Part shown: positions 38,847-50,621 of the stretch, piece by piece
How the letters are laid out: each line of letters starts with the position of its first letter
Position numbering within the stretch: position 1 is the first letter of the stretch
Assembly: GCA_951406725.2 (NCBI GenBank)
Contig: OX597815.1
Span: 60,450,001-60,514,000 of the forward strand
Origin: Octopus vulgaris
Taxonomy: Eukaryota
Reading direction: 5' to 3'
Length of the DNA stretch: 64,000 bases
Translations under genes and position numbers: made by a program
The notes under the pieces: generated by a model
The model's database searches: none
What the model saw: only the letters and a program-made list of their open reading frames with translations
Told to the model about the DNA's origin: nothing

Positions 38847-38869
38847 CTGTGTATGCGCGCGCGTATGTA

Positions 38870-39688
38870 TCTTAATCACCATCTGGCCGAGCTTGCTCAG
38901 ACATCTTTAACCCGCGTACGCCATCCATCTCTGTCCTTCACTAGTTAAAGGAGGTTTTCAGAGAAGCATCCAGAGTCTCTGGTGAGTTGAGCTACATATG
39001 TTATATTCGGACGACCAGCTTCGGTACAACCATGCCTTGGCATCCACACCAGTAGGTCACTTGCCAGTTCTTGTTTAGCTCAGCAACGTCCTTTTCCTTG
39101 TAAAGGTGGAATCAGGCATGAGATTTCCATTTGTTGGTGGGATGTGTTCTCCAAGATATGTTTAAGATTCCTCTTAACACTTGAGTGTAAGTTCCATCTA
39201 GCTCGGATTCCAGCTTTTTGTTAACCGTCCAGGCTGATACTCTCTATAAAAGGACTGACTACGCAGTTGAACGGGAAAGTTGTCTAACAGTGTTAATTTC
39301 CAGACAACATCCAGTTTGTTTAAGGCCGACAATGCTTTCGCTGTCCTTGTTTGAACATCCTTTCCAGAGCCAAAGTAAAATGAAAATATCGGAGTACTCC
39401 AGAGGGACACATTGGCACCTTATCCCTTCGTGATCACTATAGATTATTCCTCAGAACATCGCTTGACAATCTAAAAGGCCTCAGTTTCACACTCAGGAAA
39501 AAATTGATAGGGTATCCCGCTCAAAAAGTAACTGATTCAGAGTATGCTGATGTTTTAGCCTTGACACACTGTCAAACTCCATCTAATTACTTCATAGCCT
39601 AGAATTAGCTGTACATGATGTTGGACTACTTGTTGATCCTAGTGAAACGAAATTCGTTGCTCACAATCAACAAGGGTCCATCACCAAC

Positions 39689-39690
<2 letters not shown>
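38870..39690 (-). mobile_element. Decayed RTE/RTE-X-like LINE with inverted 5' segment
   Basis: Minus strand: FGSGKDVQTRTAKALSALNKLDVVWK..LASDLLVWMPRHG..GRP. Plus strand 39385-39690: GVLQ/GDTLAPY..TDSEYADVLA. Confidence 0.75.
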
Positions 39691-39759
<69 letters not shown>

Positions 39760-39945
39760 CTACAAAATTAGAAAATGGAGAAACATACTTAAATCAATAA
39801 AACATCAACCATCAGATGATACCCAATCAATACTTTATTACACCATTACATAACAGTAAAGGCATTATACAAAATATATTGTAAATATAAATAGACAAGG
39901 AAATAGAAATATAAAATATAAAATATAATATGTAATTATATCATA

Positions 39946-40054
39946 TCTGACAGCTGTTTCGGCAGTAAGGGCAATCATGCCTCATTTAACCTATAAGCCA
40001 TAAAGGCAGGTATAAATGAGACATTAACAAGGATGCCCCACGGCCTCTTCAGAG
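39946..40054 (-). ncRNA. Hammerhead ribozyme with very long stem II
   Basis: Minus strand TCT-CTGAAGA-GGC..(~80-nt hairpin)..GCC-GAAA-CAGCTG-TC-AGA. Confidence 0.7.
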
Positions 40055-40912
40055 AATTTAATTTATTATAATTGTGAAAAAAATTTTTTATCCATATACA
40101 TATAAATATATAAAATGTAAAATATAAAAACTTGTGCATAAACTCCATATTGCTACACATATATATATATACTCATTGATACAATAATGCAAGATAAACA
40201 AAACAAAATAAAACAAAATATATATCAGTATATATATTAATATTAATAAGCACAGTTATTTTACATATTTGGCTAATTATTTATTTTATTTTATTTTATC
40301 ACATTTTTAACTTAAGTATTTACAATTTATTAACTTATAATTATTTAACTTCTGTTATTTACTTATATACGATTGCATTAGTGAGTCCCCCATTTGATAT
40401 TATTTAATGCCTAATCTTGTTTATAATGGAACAGGATTTATTAAGTAAAAAAGATATATATTTATAATATAAAAATTAAACTATACTTTATAATTTAGCG
40501 TACATGCGATTATAGCAAATTACGGTGTAATCAGTAACCGTTATGTTGACTATAGAAAAAACCGGTGTTAAATACTGAGGGTACCTAGTGAAATAACATC
40601 CGATATCGTGATATCAAAGAGATCAAAACTTCGGACAACCTAGCGCTATAGTAGGATTATATAGACAAACCTCCCCAAGTAGTGACCCTGGCTAAAATAT
40701 TGGTCTACAAAAGTATTTAATGACGTTCATAAATATTATGTTTTCCCTTTCTTTCTGCGTTCTTTATTCTCTCTTTACTGTTCCCCTTTTCTTTCTCTAC
40801 CTCTCTATATATCCTAGGATATTTATATACAATCTTTTACTGGTTTCAGTCACTTGGTTGAGGCTAGATATATAATACAATATAATACAATATAATACAA
40901 TATAATATAATA

Positions 40913-40953
<41 letters not shown>

Positions 40954-41056
40954 CGGAGTAAACACATAAATGTGAAACAAGGTGGAAAAAAGAGTACTCA
41001 AATACCAGTGGTAGAGTAATATGCTTTATTTTAAGCAGCAGAAAATTCAACAAAAT

Positions 41057-41094
41057 CTGTTACTCTGAGTTTCTCGTTGCCGTTCATCAGACAG
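41057..41094 (-). ncRNA. Minimal hammerhead ribozyme in the inverted pLTR
   Basis: Mirror copy of 44062-44099. Confidence 0.7.
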
Positions 41095-41781
41095 TTTTTG
41101 CTAGAATGGAACTTATATATTAATTCAATCTATACTCTTACAAACGCTACACCTTTAAAAAGAAATGGACTTGTTTGATTGGCCCTTTAGAAAAAACGGT
41201 CAATCTTCGAGCGATAAACAAAAAGGTCAAAAATATATGTATATATATATAAAAAAACTTATAAAAATTATAAAAATTATAAAATCCGAGGAAAAAACCG
41301 AGGAAAAAACCTATTGCCGTTAATGAAGACAGTACAAATTAATGCATAGAAATTAAACCTGTTATAAATACTGCAATACATATTTATATTAAAATCCACA
41401 TATATATATCAACATACACAAAAGGATGCGCGTAAACGCCATACATACATATACAGACGTATGAATATGAATCTAAATTATACACATAAAAGCATGTGTA
41501 CATATATTCACGCAAACCGTCTCGCACGCAAGCTAAAATTCATCTATGTAGCAATTCTCATATACTGAGCAAGGAGGGGGAACGAAAGAAAGGGAAAGAG
41601 AGAAAAAGGAACGAAGGAGGGGTGGGGAAAAAACTTGTAGCGATGTTATTGGCATCTATAGAGGCCAGTATACATACACAAGTTTGAATTGATACATATA
41701 CATACCGTCGTGTGTATGCGTGCTTAAGCACATGCATACTTTCACTTACACATACACAGATACGCATGCTTACAAATACAT

Positions 41782-43041
41782 ATGCTTTGCTATACACATA
41801 CTTATATAAACATTCTAATTTTGACAACATTGCTTTTTTTTAAAAAAAACATTGCTTTTAAAAAATGTATGCTCATAGGAGCCTTTATTCTCCATAATCT
41901 AAAAATAGAATTCCCATTTATAGATGCAGGTCTATATAGGGATGACGGCCTTATAGCCACGCATAATCTAAACGGCCATGAATCAGATAGACTTAGGAAG
42001 GACCTTATAGCTTTCTTTCAAAGGATGGGCTTACGGATTACGGTAGATACTAACCTGAATAGTGTAGATTTTTTAGACGTAAATTTTAACGTAAGATCGG
42101 ATAGATTTAAACCTTTCCGTAAGCCCAATGAAAAGCTATCGTATATTAGCAAAGATTCGAACCATCCACCAGTTATCCTTAGCAACTTAGTCAGCAATGT
42201 AGGTAGAAGAATATCTTCAATTTCTTCGGACGAGGCAGCATTCCATAATGCTGCACCTTATTACGATAGCGCATTAAAGAATAGTGGATTCTCGGAGAAG
42301 ATCCAGTTCAACCAGCTTAATGCTAATAATAATGCTGCACGAAGAACTAGGACCAGGAAAGTTTTGTGGTTCAACCCGGCTTTCAATTTGGCCGTAAAGA
42401 CTAATATAGGTAAGGAATTTTTGAGATTAGTCTCTAAGCATTTTAAGCAGGGTCATAAATTCTACAGAATATTTAATAGAAGAACCCTGAAGGTTAGCTA
42501 TTCTTGTTGCAGAAATTTCGCCTCTTACATTAGCCAACATAATAGGAAGCTAATTGAGATTAGACATGGTGCCGAGCCCATTAAGAAATGTAATTGCAAA
42601 AACGAAAGCTCCTGTCCGTTAGAAGGGAAATGTCTAGTGAAAGGAGTAGTTTATAGAGCCAAGGTGCAAGTGGAAGGCTCATCGGAATACAAGACATACA
42701 CAGGGGCTTCAGAAAATTCATTTAAAACAAGATTTTATTCTCATAAGAATTCTTTTAAATACCCAGAGAATAGGAAGAAAACCAGCCTAGCAAAATATGT
42801 CTGGGAACTAAAAGAAAAGGAAGCCCCACCTTTCAACGTGACATGGAGCATTCTGGACAGGGCGGCACCATACAGGCATGGAGCTTACAAATATAATTTC
42901 AAGTGCAGGCTTTGCTTATTAGAGAAAATGCACATCTTATTCAAAGACAATAATTCTTTGAATCAAAGAAGTGAGTTAATGAACTTATGTAGGCACGCGG
43001 CTAAATTTAAGATGTCGAATATAAATATACCATTTGGATAG
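41782..43041 (+). CDS. 5'-truncated PLE RT (from motif C) plus GIY-YIG endonuclease, open frame
   Basis: GLYRDDGL, VDFLDV, SNHPP, CNC..CPLEGKC..VVYRA..YTGASENSFKTRFYSH, CRLCLLEK..LNQRSE..CRH; homology starts ~41868, and upstream codons come from the inverted pLTR. Confidence 0.9.
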   Translation: MLCYTHTYINILILTTLLFFKKNIAFKKCMLIGAFILHNLKIEFPFIDAGLYRDDGLIATHNLNGHESDRLRKDLIAFFQRMGLRITVDTNLNSVDFLDVNFNVRSDRFKPFRKPNEKLSYISKDSNHPPVILSNLVSNVGRRISSISSDEAAFHNAAPYYDSALKNSGFSEKIQFNQLNANNNAARRTRTRKVLWFNPAFNLAVKTNIGKEFLRLVSKHFKQGHKFYRIFNRRTLKVSYSCCRNFASYISQHNRKLIEIRHGAEPIKKCNCKNESSCPLEGKCLVKGVVYRAKVQVEGSSEYKTYTGASENSFKTRFYSHKNSFKYPENRKKTSLAKYVWELKEKEAPPFNVTWSILDRAAPYRHGAYKYNFKCRLCLLEKMHILFKDNNSLNQRSELMNLCRHAAKFKMSNINIPFG

Positions 43042-44061
43042 AGTATATATTTTGTATTTTGATTTTTGATTTTGATTTTGACTCTTGAGCGCTACGACGG
43101 ATCTATAGCAAAGTCTTATTGTTTCTACATATATATTAGGAAAAACCTACAAACTTTGTTTTCATGTTATTGTATTGCATAGGATTACCTTGATTATTTA
43201 TATTACCTTGATTATTTATAAATGACCCAAAATAGGATGTTATATTTTATTTTATATGTCTTTCGTATATATTTTTATTAATGCACCCATTTTTTAAAAG
43301 CAATGTTTTTTTTAAAAAAAAAGCAATGTTTTCAAAATTAGAATGTTTATATAAGTATGTGTATAGCAAAGCATATGTATTTGTAAGCATGCGTATCTGT
43401 GTATGTGTAAGTGAAAGTATGCTTGTGCTTAAGCACGCATACACACGACGGTATGTATATGTATCAATTCAAACTTGTGTATGTATACTGGCCTCTATAG
43501 ATGCCAATAACATCGCTACAAGTTTTTTCCCCACCCCTCCTTCGTTCCTTTTTCTCTCTTTCCCTTTCTTTCGTTCCCCCTCCTTGCTCAGTATATGAGA
43601 ATTGCTACATAGATGAATTTTAGCTTGCGTGCGAGACGGTTTGCGTGAATATATGTACACATGCTTTTATGTGTATAATTTAGATTCATATTCATACGTC
43701 TGTATATGTATGTATGGCGTTTACGCGCATCCTTTTGTGTATGTTGATATATATATGTGGATTTTAATATAAATATGTATTGCAGTATTTATAACAGGTT
43801 TAATTTCTATGCATTAATTTGTACTGTCTTCATTAACGGCAATAGGTTTTTTCCTCGGTTTTTTCCTCGGATTTTATAATTTTTATAATTTTTATAAGTT
43901 TTTTTATATATATATACATATATTTTTGACCTTTTTGTTTATCGCTCGGAGATTGACCGTTTTTTCTAAAGGGCCAATCAAACAAGTCCATTTCTTTTTA
44001 AAGGTGTAGCGTTTGTAAGAGTATAGATTGAATTAATATATAAGTTCCATTCTAGCAAAAA

Positions 44062-44099
44062 CTGTCTGATGAACGGCAACGAGAAACTCAGAGTAACAG
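44062..44099 (+). ncRNA. Minimal hammerhead ribozyme in the 3' pLTR
   Basis: CTGT-CTGATGA-aCG(GCAA)CGa-GAAA-CTC(A)GAG-TA-ACAG; predicted GUA triplet. Confidence 0.7.
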
Positions 44100-44131
44100 A
44101 TTTTGTTGAATTTTCTGCTGCTTAAAATAAA

Positions 44132-44176
<45 letters not shown>

Positions 44177-44177
<1 letters not shown>

Positions 44178-44389
44178 TCTTTACTCTTTTTTTACTCTTT
44201 TACATGTTTCAGTCATTTGACTGCGGCCATGCTGGAGCACCGCCTTTAATCGAGCAACTCGACCCCGGGTGTTATTCTTTTTGTAAGCCCAGTACTTATT
44301 CTATCGGTCTCTTTTTAACCGAACCGCTAAGTAACGGGGACATAAACACACTAGCAATGCTAGGGGGACAAACACAGACACACAAACAA

Positions 44390-44457
<68 letters not shown>

Positions 44458-44597
44458 GACAGGCTTCTTTCAGTTTCCGTCTACCAAATCCACTCACAAG
44501 GCATTGGTCGGCCCGGGGCTATAGCAGAAGACACTTGCCCAAGATGCCACGCAGTGGGACTGAACCCGGAACCATGTGGTTGGTTAGCAAGCTACTT
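44177..44597 (-). mobile_element. tRNA-derived SINE, 3' portion, split by the Tx1 LINE
   Basis: Joins to 50038-50077 to rebuild a complete SINE. Confidence 0.9.
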
Positions 44598-44825
44598 TAT
44601 TTCATATAATTTGCCATTTAGGCATTTACAAAGAGGGGACAAACAAGGACAGACAAATATAAAGGGTGAAGTAGCTTAACACAGTTACAATTTTCGAATG
44701 AAATTACGGATAAGATTATAAACAATGAATTTTACGAAGACAATGTTTAAAAATATTAATGATCATGTCGAAGGACGGACACCCAGCCATCCGGGTAGAA
44801 CCTTTACTTTCTGATCCGGTCACAC

Positions 44826-47800
44826 TTACCTGGTGCCAAACATACCTATCTTGCATGCCACAGGCTTCCATCTTTTCACAAACATATCTCGTGACAGACA
44901 CCTCTTCTCCAGCCTGATTTTGCTACTGAGGTGGTAACTAAAAAAGTTAATCAACCCCTGGCCGGAGACAAAGGTGCCTGTCACTATACCTTTCGTACGC
45001 GTCTTCCATACTGTTTCTTTCAGTATGGCTACTACACAGAAAAAACAAGCCTTTCTTTCCCTGTTAAGGAAAGGGGGCGGCACAATCTCGATGATAGACT
45101 CAGCTGATAGCTATACTCTTCCCATCACTGACAACAGTTGTTCAACAAAAGCTATCAGTCCCGATAACTCCGGACACTCCACGAATGCGTGCAAGACGGT
45201 CTCCCTATCCTGCTCACATCGCGGGCATGTCGGCGAGATGGCACTACCGTGCCTTGACAGCTTGTCGCGAACAGGTAAAGCCGCACGGAAACACTGCCAG
45301 GCCAGGGATTTCTGGTAATTATCCCAATACCCCGGCCCGAACGTCCTCCGGAACAGGTTGACCAACTGATTTTCATCGTAGCCCAGGCTCTCCCCCAAGG
45401 CGTCTTCGGACTTAATCTCCACTAACCCGCTATAGAAATCCGTGGTGGAACTCCTGTTGCCGGCGTTGCCCACCCGAGATAGTAGCTGGAGCGCCTGACG
45501 GCACTCCAAATGCCATTCACTCAGTTTAGGTCTCCGCTTGATCCATGCACCGATGTCCGTTAGGGATGTTAACTGGGGAAGGTAGAACCGGACGTGCGGT
45601 GACCACACCTGCTCTCCATCCAGGTAAAGCCAGAGGTGCCTCAACCTTAACGCGAGTTTTCGCATCCTCAGCCAAGGCATCCCTAGCCCACCCTTTAGCG
45701 GTTTCTGGCAGCAGACAGAGCGCTTTACAAGTGGCTTTCCTCCTTTCCACAAAAATCGGAAAAGGATTCTCTCCAACTTGTTCAGCCACAAATCGGGGCA
45801 AGGCACCACGGTCAGACGGTAGGTGATTACTGATGCTATAAACATCTGCACCACCTCCGCCTTCCCTAGCAGGGATAACGCCCGCCCAGACCAGGTCTGG
45901 GTTAGAGCGGTCACCTTGTTGGCCACCTCACTCCAATTTTTCTCAATCTGGAGGTCTGGCCCGAACCAGACTCCGAGCAGCTTAACAGGACCTTCCGTCC
46001 AACGCCCTACGACGTTATTGGACGGCATCGGCTTGCCCCTCCAGGTGCCGAGTTGCAAACCGACCGACTTGTCCTTGTTAACCTTTGCTCCTGCCACCGC
46101 CTCGTAGCTTTTGATGGCCTCTTCCACCACTGGAAGCTGGCCTTCGTCTGCCACGATGATGGAGGTGTCATCCGCATACGCCGTAGCTCCTCTTCCACAC
46201 CATAGATCATGCGGCGCGCCCCCTAGTGCCTCCAACTTCCGCAGCAAAGGCTCAAGAGCCAATACGTATAGGAGCGAGGACAGGGGACACCCTTGACGAA
46301 CTGAACGCTCGATCCTGAATGGCTTCGAAAAGGAACCGTTCACCTTGACTACAGACTCGATGTCGCTATACAAAGCAGCGATCCAACCTCGAAAGGTCGG
46401 GCCTAGACCAGCCTCTCCGAGGACCGCCGCCAAGTACCGATGGTCGACCCTATCAAATGCTTTGGACTGGTCTAAATGTACCAGTGCTCCCCCTGCGCCA
46501 GAAAGCTTCCCCACCCTCTCTAAGGAGTAGCGTATAAGGTGGAGATTGTCGTAGATCGTTCTGCCGGGGATAGCGCACGTTTGCGCTTCCCCGACAAGTT
46601 TGTCCACGACCCGCGCCAACCTTTTTGCTAGCACCTTGGCCAGAATCTTTAACTCTGTGTTTAACAGAGTTATGGGCCTGAAGTTCCCTATCTCGTCCCC
46701 CTTGTTCGGGTCCTTCCTGATCAACGTCACCGCCCCCCGGCTCGCAGACTTGGGAATTCTCCCATTCTACTGCCAGTTGGCGTAGACGCTAGCCAGCAGG
46801 TGCCCGAACAAGTCTGGCATACTTTTGTAAAATTCATAGGGCAGACCATCGAGACCCGGCGATTTCTCCCCAGGGCACTTGCCCAACACCTCGATTACTT
46901 CATCGGCTGTGATTGGCCCTTCACAGCACTCAGCCTCTCGTGTCGAGAGGCGCGGGCCACCAGACAGGAAGTCCCTAACGGCCTCACCATGATCCAGCGT
47001 CCTGCACCTCCCGAACAACTCGGCGAAGTGCTTGTGAAGTGCCTCACACATCTCGTCCCGCTCCTTGATCGTGCATCCGTTTTCATCAACAAGTGACCCA
47101 ATTGTGGCATCGTTTCCACGCTGTGTTTCTATCGTACGGGCCCATCCGGCAACATTAATTCCCTCACGGCCCAATGCTCGTACTCTAGCCCGAACTCTAC
47201 ATTCCTCATGTTTGGTTTTGAGGTGACGGTCTAATGCCGTTCTCGCCGCTAAAATGTGAGATGCAGAGCCCAACCTCAACGCCTCCTCTAAGTTCTTAAC
47301 TAGTTGCCCTTCTATTCTAGCCCTATCTAGTCTTAGTTGTTTACTAAATCTAATGGACTCGAATCGAATGGCTCTTTTGAGGGCGAACCACCACCGGTTA
47401 TTAACCACGGCTCCGGTTAACGCCCTCTGCACTAACACCTTAATCCGGCTACGGTATGCCTCACGTGTCAAAATAGACTTGTTCAGCTTCCAGTAGCCGG
47501 TTCCTATCTTAAGTGTGCTATCTATGTCCAGTCTACACGTGACCATTCTATGGTCAGTATAGGGCACCTGGACGAGCTGTGGACAACTAAAACTAGACTT
47601 ATCTCTAGTTCTTATCACTATCCTGTCTAGATAAGACTTGAACCTTCCGTCGCCACTCATCCAGGTCCACTCTGGGACGTTCGGATGGTCAAGTCTGTAA
47701 CGATCTGCTAGCTGAAACCACTTAAGCAGATCCACGAGACGTGAGTTCACTTTCCTATAGATCGAGCCAACGCTATCGATGTGTACGTCAACGATAGCAT

Positions 47801-48227
47801 TAAAGTCCCCTAATATCACTAAAGTCTTCGACGTCACGAGAAAGCCCTCTAGGCGCCGATAAAAATCAGTTTGGAAACCTCTAGCACAAGGTGCATAGAG
47901 TCCGATCAACCTGAAGGCCTTACTGTTGTATGTCACATCAAGGACGACCAGCCCACCTTCTGGGTCTACATAGACTGTACTTGTCTGTAGAGCCAAGTCT
48001 TTACGGATCAGTACCACTACGCCCCCTCGCCCTCCGGTCTGGCCAGGAGACATGATTTTCTCGTAGCCATTCAGGAGAGGCGAGAAGGTTTGTAGGCTGT
48101 CCAGCTTGGTCTCTGTAGCAACCATCACATGTATATCATGTGATCTGAGGTCGTCGAGGAAACAAGCCTGCTTCCACTTCGAACTCAGACCACGCACATT
48201 TAAACAACCAAGGTTAAGCGAAGCCAT
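44826..48227 (-). pseudogene. Tx1 ORF2 (APE endonuclease, RT, zinc finger) in one frame with two premature TAG stops (46767, 45111)
   Basis: LNVRGL, ETK, GDFN, SYLDR, TDH; FRPITLLN, LDQSKAFDRV, VRQGCPLS, YADD; CPRC..ETVLHAFVEC; the three ORF pieces are in the same frame. Confidence 0.92.
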
Positions 48228-48244
48228 TACAAAAAGTAAAAGTT

Positions 48245-49672
48245 CTACTTACATTTCGTTGGAGAGGTGGGGGCTGACCTCACCACACGTTTGTGGGCCC
48301 CTTCTTTCTCCTCTTTCTTCAGATAGTCCGGCAAGTTCGCGATATGCCGGATGGCGTTTGGGTGTCTGTCTTTTAATTGTTTGAACGTTGTTTCTGCAAT
48401 CCACGCGTGTCTATTTCGATCTTTGTATTTGTTGTACAGTCTTGCTGACTGATGCTGAACCACAATATCGTTTATGTATTTGTCTTGTGTGTCGAATTCA
48501 ATTAATATGAGTTCATTTTCTTTTTTGTCTTCTTTTTCTGGGCCAGTTGAGCGGGATTTTTTTTTCCGTGTCTGTGGTGTGTCTTTGTTTTTATTATTTT
48601 TTGTAGGGGATGTGGACGGGGATGATGCACGAATTCTTTTACGAACTGGTGTAAATCCCCCCTCTGATACCTCCATGGTATCGTCTGGGGTAGCAATAGT
48701 TTGTTCGGTAGGCGCCGCAGTTTTTAGGGGGTTGGGAGGTTTTAATAATGTAGGGGTTTGTGAGTGCGAGGGCTGGGTTTTTTCTTCAGTCTGTTTTGGG
48801 GTTGGCACCGTAACAGCAGGAGTGGGATTTTTTGTTTTTGTAGGGGTAGGTGAGTTTGCAAGGGTAGGGACTTTTTTGTTATCTGAGGGGCCTGGTGTCT
48901 GCGGTTTCTTTTGCTTGTCTGGACAGTCTACACGAATGTGGCCCTTTTTGCCGCAGGCGTAACAGGTGGGTTTTCGGCCTTCGACCTGTACCCTGAGGGC
49001 TACGTTCTCGCCCACGAGCACCCTCTCAGGAAGGAGCTGCAGGTCCTCCGCTGTTCCTTGAATTAATATATTAATGTTACGCCCGAGCCAAAATAGAGGG
49101 GCAGAGCATGTTACTTCTAGTATTTTAATTTTGTCCGCCCTTTTATATAACAGGGCGGCCACTACCTCTACCGGATCTACTTCCGGCGGGGCTTCTACAA
49201 TCCTGACCCGGGACGTCCTGCGTCCCTTATAGCTCGGGAAAAGTACCACCTCCTTGGTTTTTAGGGGGTTCACAGAATGCCCGCGGGCCATTTCTTCCCC
49301 CGAGAAGCGGACATCCACAGTTCCATATGCCCGTTCCCTGGCGACGTACACGATGTCCTTCCAAATCGGGGACAGGCATTTCTCGATGGTGTTTTTTTCA
49401 AAGTGTTTGAACCTTCTGCTTTGTGGACAGAAGGTTTTAAACACTACGGTCCGCTTCTCGGTCTCCACGATACTGGCGGAGGGTGATATTTTAACATCAC
49501 CACCCTCCTCTTGCATTCTTTTAAATAGCTCGACGAGCTGATTGACGTTGATGTCAATGTTCTCGGTAGCCACTGCGGCTACCGCAGAAAATTTTTTAAC
49601 ATTGCTCTCCTCAAGAGCACTACTTTCGTGAATAATTTCAACAGACATTATTCTATTGAAATTAGACAACAC
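48245..49672 (-). CDS. Tx1 ORF1 nucleic-acid-binding protein
   Basis: CCHC knuckle CYACGKKGHIRVDC followed by a Pro/Thr/Lys-rich tail; lies directly upstream of ORF2. Confidence 0.85.
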   Translation of the reverse strand: MLSNFNRIMSVEIIHESSALEESNVKKFSAVAAVATENIDINVNQLVELFKRMQEEGGDVKISPSASIVETEKRTVVFKTFCPQSRRFKHFEKNTIEKCLSPIWKDIVYVARERAYGTVDVRFSGEEMARGHSVNPLKTKEVVLFPSYKGRRTSRVRIVEAPPEVDPVEVVAALLYKRADKIKILEVTCSAPLFWLGRNINILIQGTAEDLQLLPERVLVGENVALRVQVEGRKPTCYACGKKGHIRVDCPDKQKKPQTPGPSDNKKVPTLANSPTPTKTKNPTPAVTVPTPKQTEEKTQPSHSQTPTLLKPPNPLKTAAPTEQTIATPDDTMEVSEGGFTPVRKRIRASSPSTSPTKNNKNKDTPQTRKKKSRSTGPEKEDKKENELILIEFDTQDKYINDIVVQHQSARLYNKYKDRNRHAWIAETTFKQLKDRHPNAIRHIANLPDYLKKEEKEGAHKRVVRSAPTSPTKCK

Positions 49673-50037
49673 AAAAATTACGAATATTGGTTTCCCACAA
49701 AACTGGGAAACCTATAGAAAGTTTTTCTTCCAAAGTAGTTCAAAAAAGCAGTTCAAAAATTCCAATTCCCACCCCCATTCGGGGGAGGGGCACGAAAATA
49801 GTCTGGCAGGACTATATATAGTCACGTAAATAAAAAGCCACAATGGCTAACAGTTCAACGGTAAGAAATTATCCAATTATTCCCCGGTAAAACCGGAGAA
49901 CAAGACAGTTCAGCAACGTTTAAAGACAAATTTTCAGTAGTAGAAATTCAACAATTAACAACACAGCAAAATTCTTACAGGGAAGAAAACGCGTCCAAAC
50001 AGTAGTACGGTAAGCAAAGTCACTCTTCAGTCAGTGA

Positions 50038-50072
50038 GGTTAGCAAGCTACTTACCACACAGCCACTCCTGC

Positions 50073-50077
<5 letters not shown>
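50038..50077 (-). mobile_element. 5' head (A box) of the SINE split by Tx1
   Basis: Minus strand aggtgcaggagtggctgtgtggtaagtagcttgctaacc. Confidence 0.88.
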
Positions 50078-50168
<91 letters not shown>

Positions 50169-50621
50169 TTTTACTGGCTTCAATCACTTGATTGCAGCCA
50201 AACGTATGTATTTGCTGATAGTTTTTTTGTTACTCATAGTTCTTTTTACTGTTTTTAGTCCTTATCACAGAGATTCTTCATATATCTATCCTTATACACA
50301 CTTTTTAAAATTTATCTTATTCTAATTCTGGTCTCCTGAATTTATATCTCCTGAATTTCATTTCCTGCGTACGTATATGCATTTTCATTGGTCACACTTT
50401 TCTATGTATAGATATGAATGTAAATGCTTTCCCAAATAAATTGCACTTCATGTTTGAAGTTCAGAATAGGCTATAAGGTTGGGCTCAAGCACTCAACTAT
50501 GAGAAAAGGCAAGAAAGCGATTTTTAAACTTCTACCTTTTATATTTACTTCTTCCTTTTCCTTTTCTCGCTTTTTCTTTCATCCTATCGTCCTGATTTTA
50601 GCTTGTTATCGCATGTGGGCA

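Larger units (their letters stand above)
40951..44132 (+). mobile_element. Young PLE (probably Nematis-type) with ~845-bp inverted pLTRs
   Basis: 41024-41867 is inverted at 43288-44132 with only a few mismatches; (TA)n on both flanks. Confidence 0.95.
44598..50037 (-). mobile_element. Full-length Tx1-clade (L1 group) LINE, 5440 bp
   Basis: ORF1 plus APE-RT ORF2; 16-bp TSD ggttagcaagctactt at 44582-44597 and 50038-50053. Confidence 0.93.

Noticed and set aside
45111-46769. Two TAG stops in Tx1 ORF2 as programmed readthrough or editing sites
   Set aside because: Single point mutations (for example CAG to TAG) in an ageing copy explain them more simply; a family consensus would be needed to revisit this
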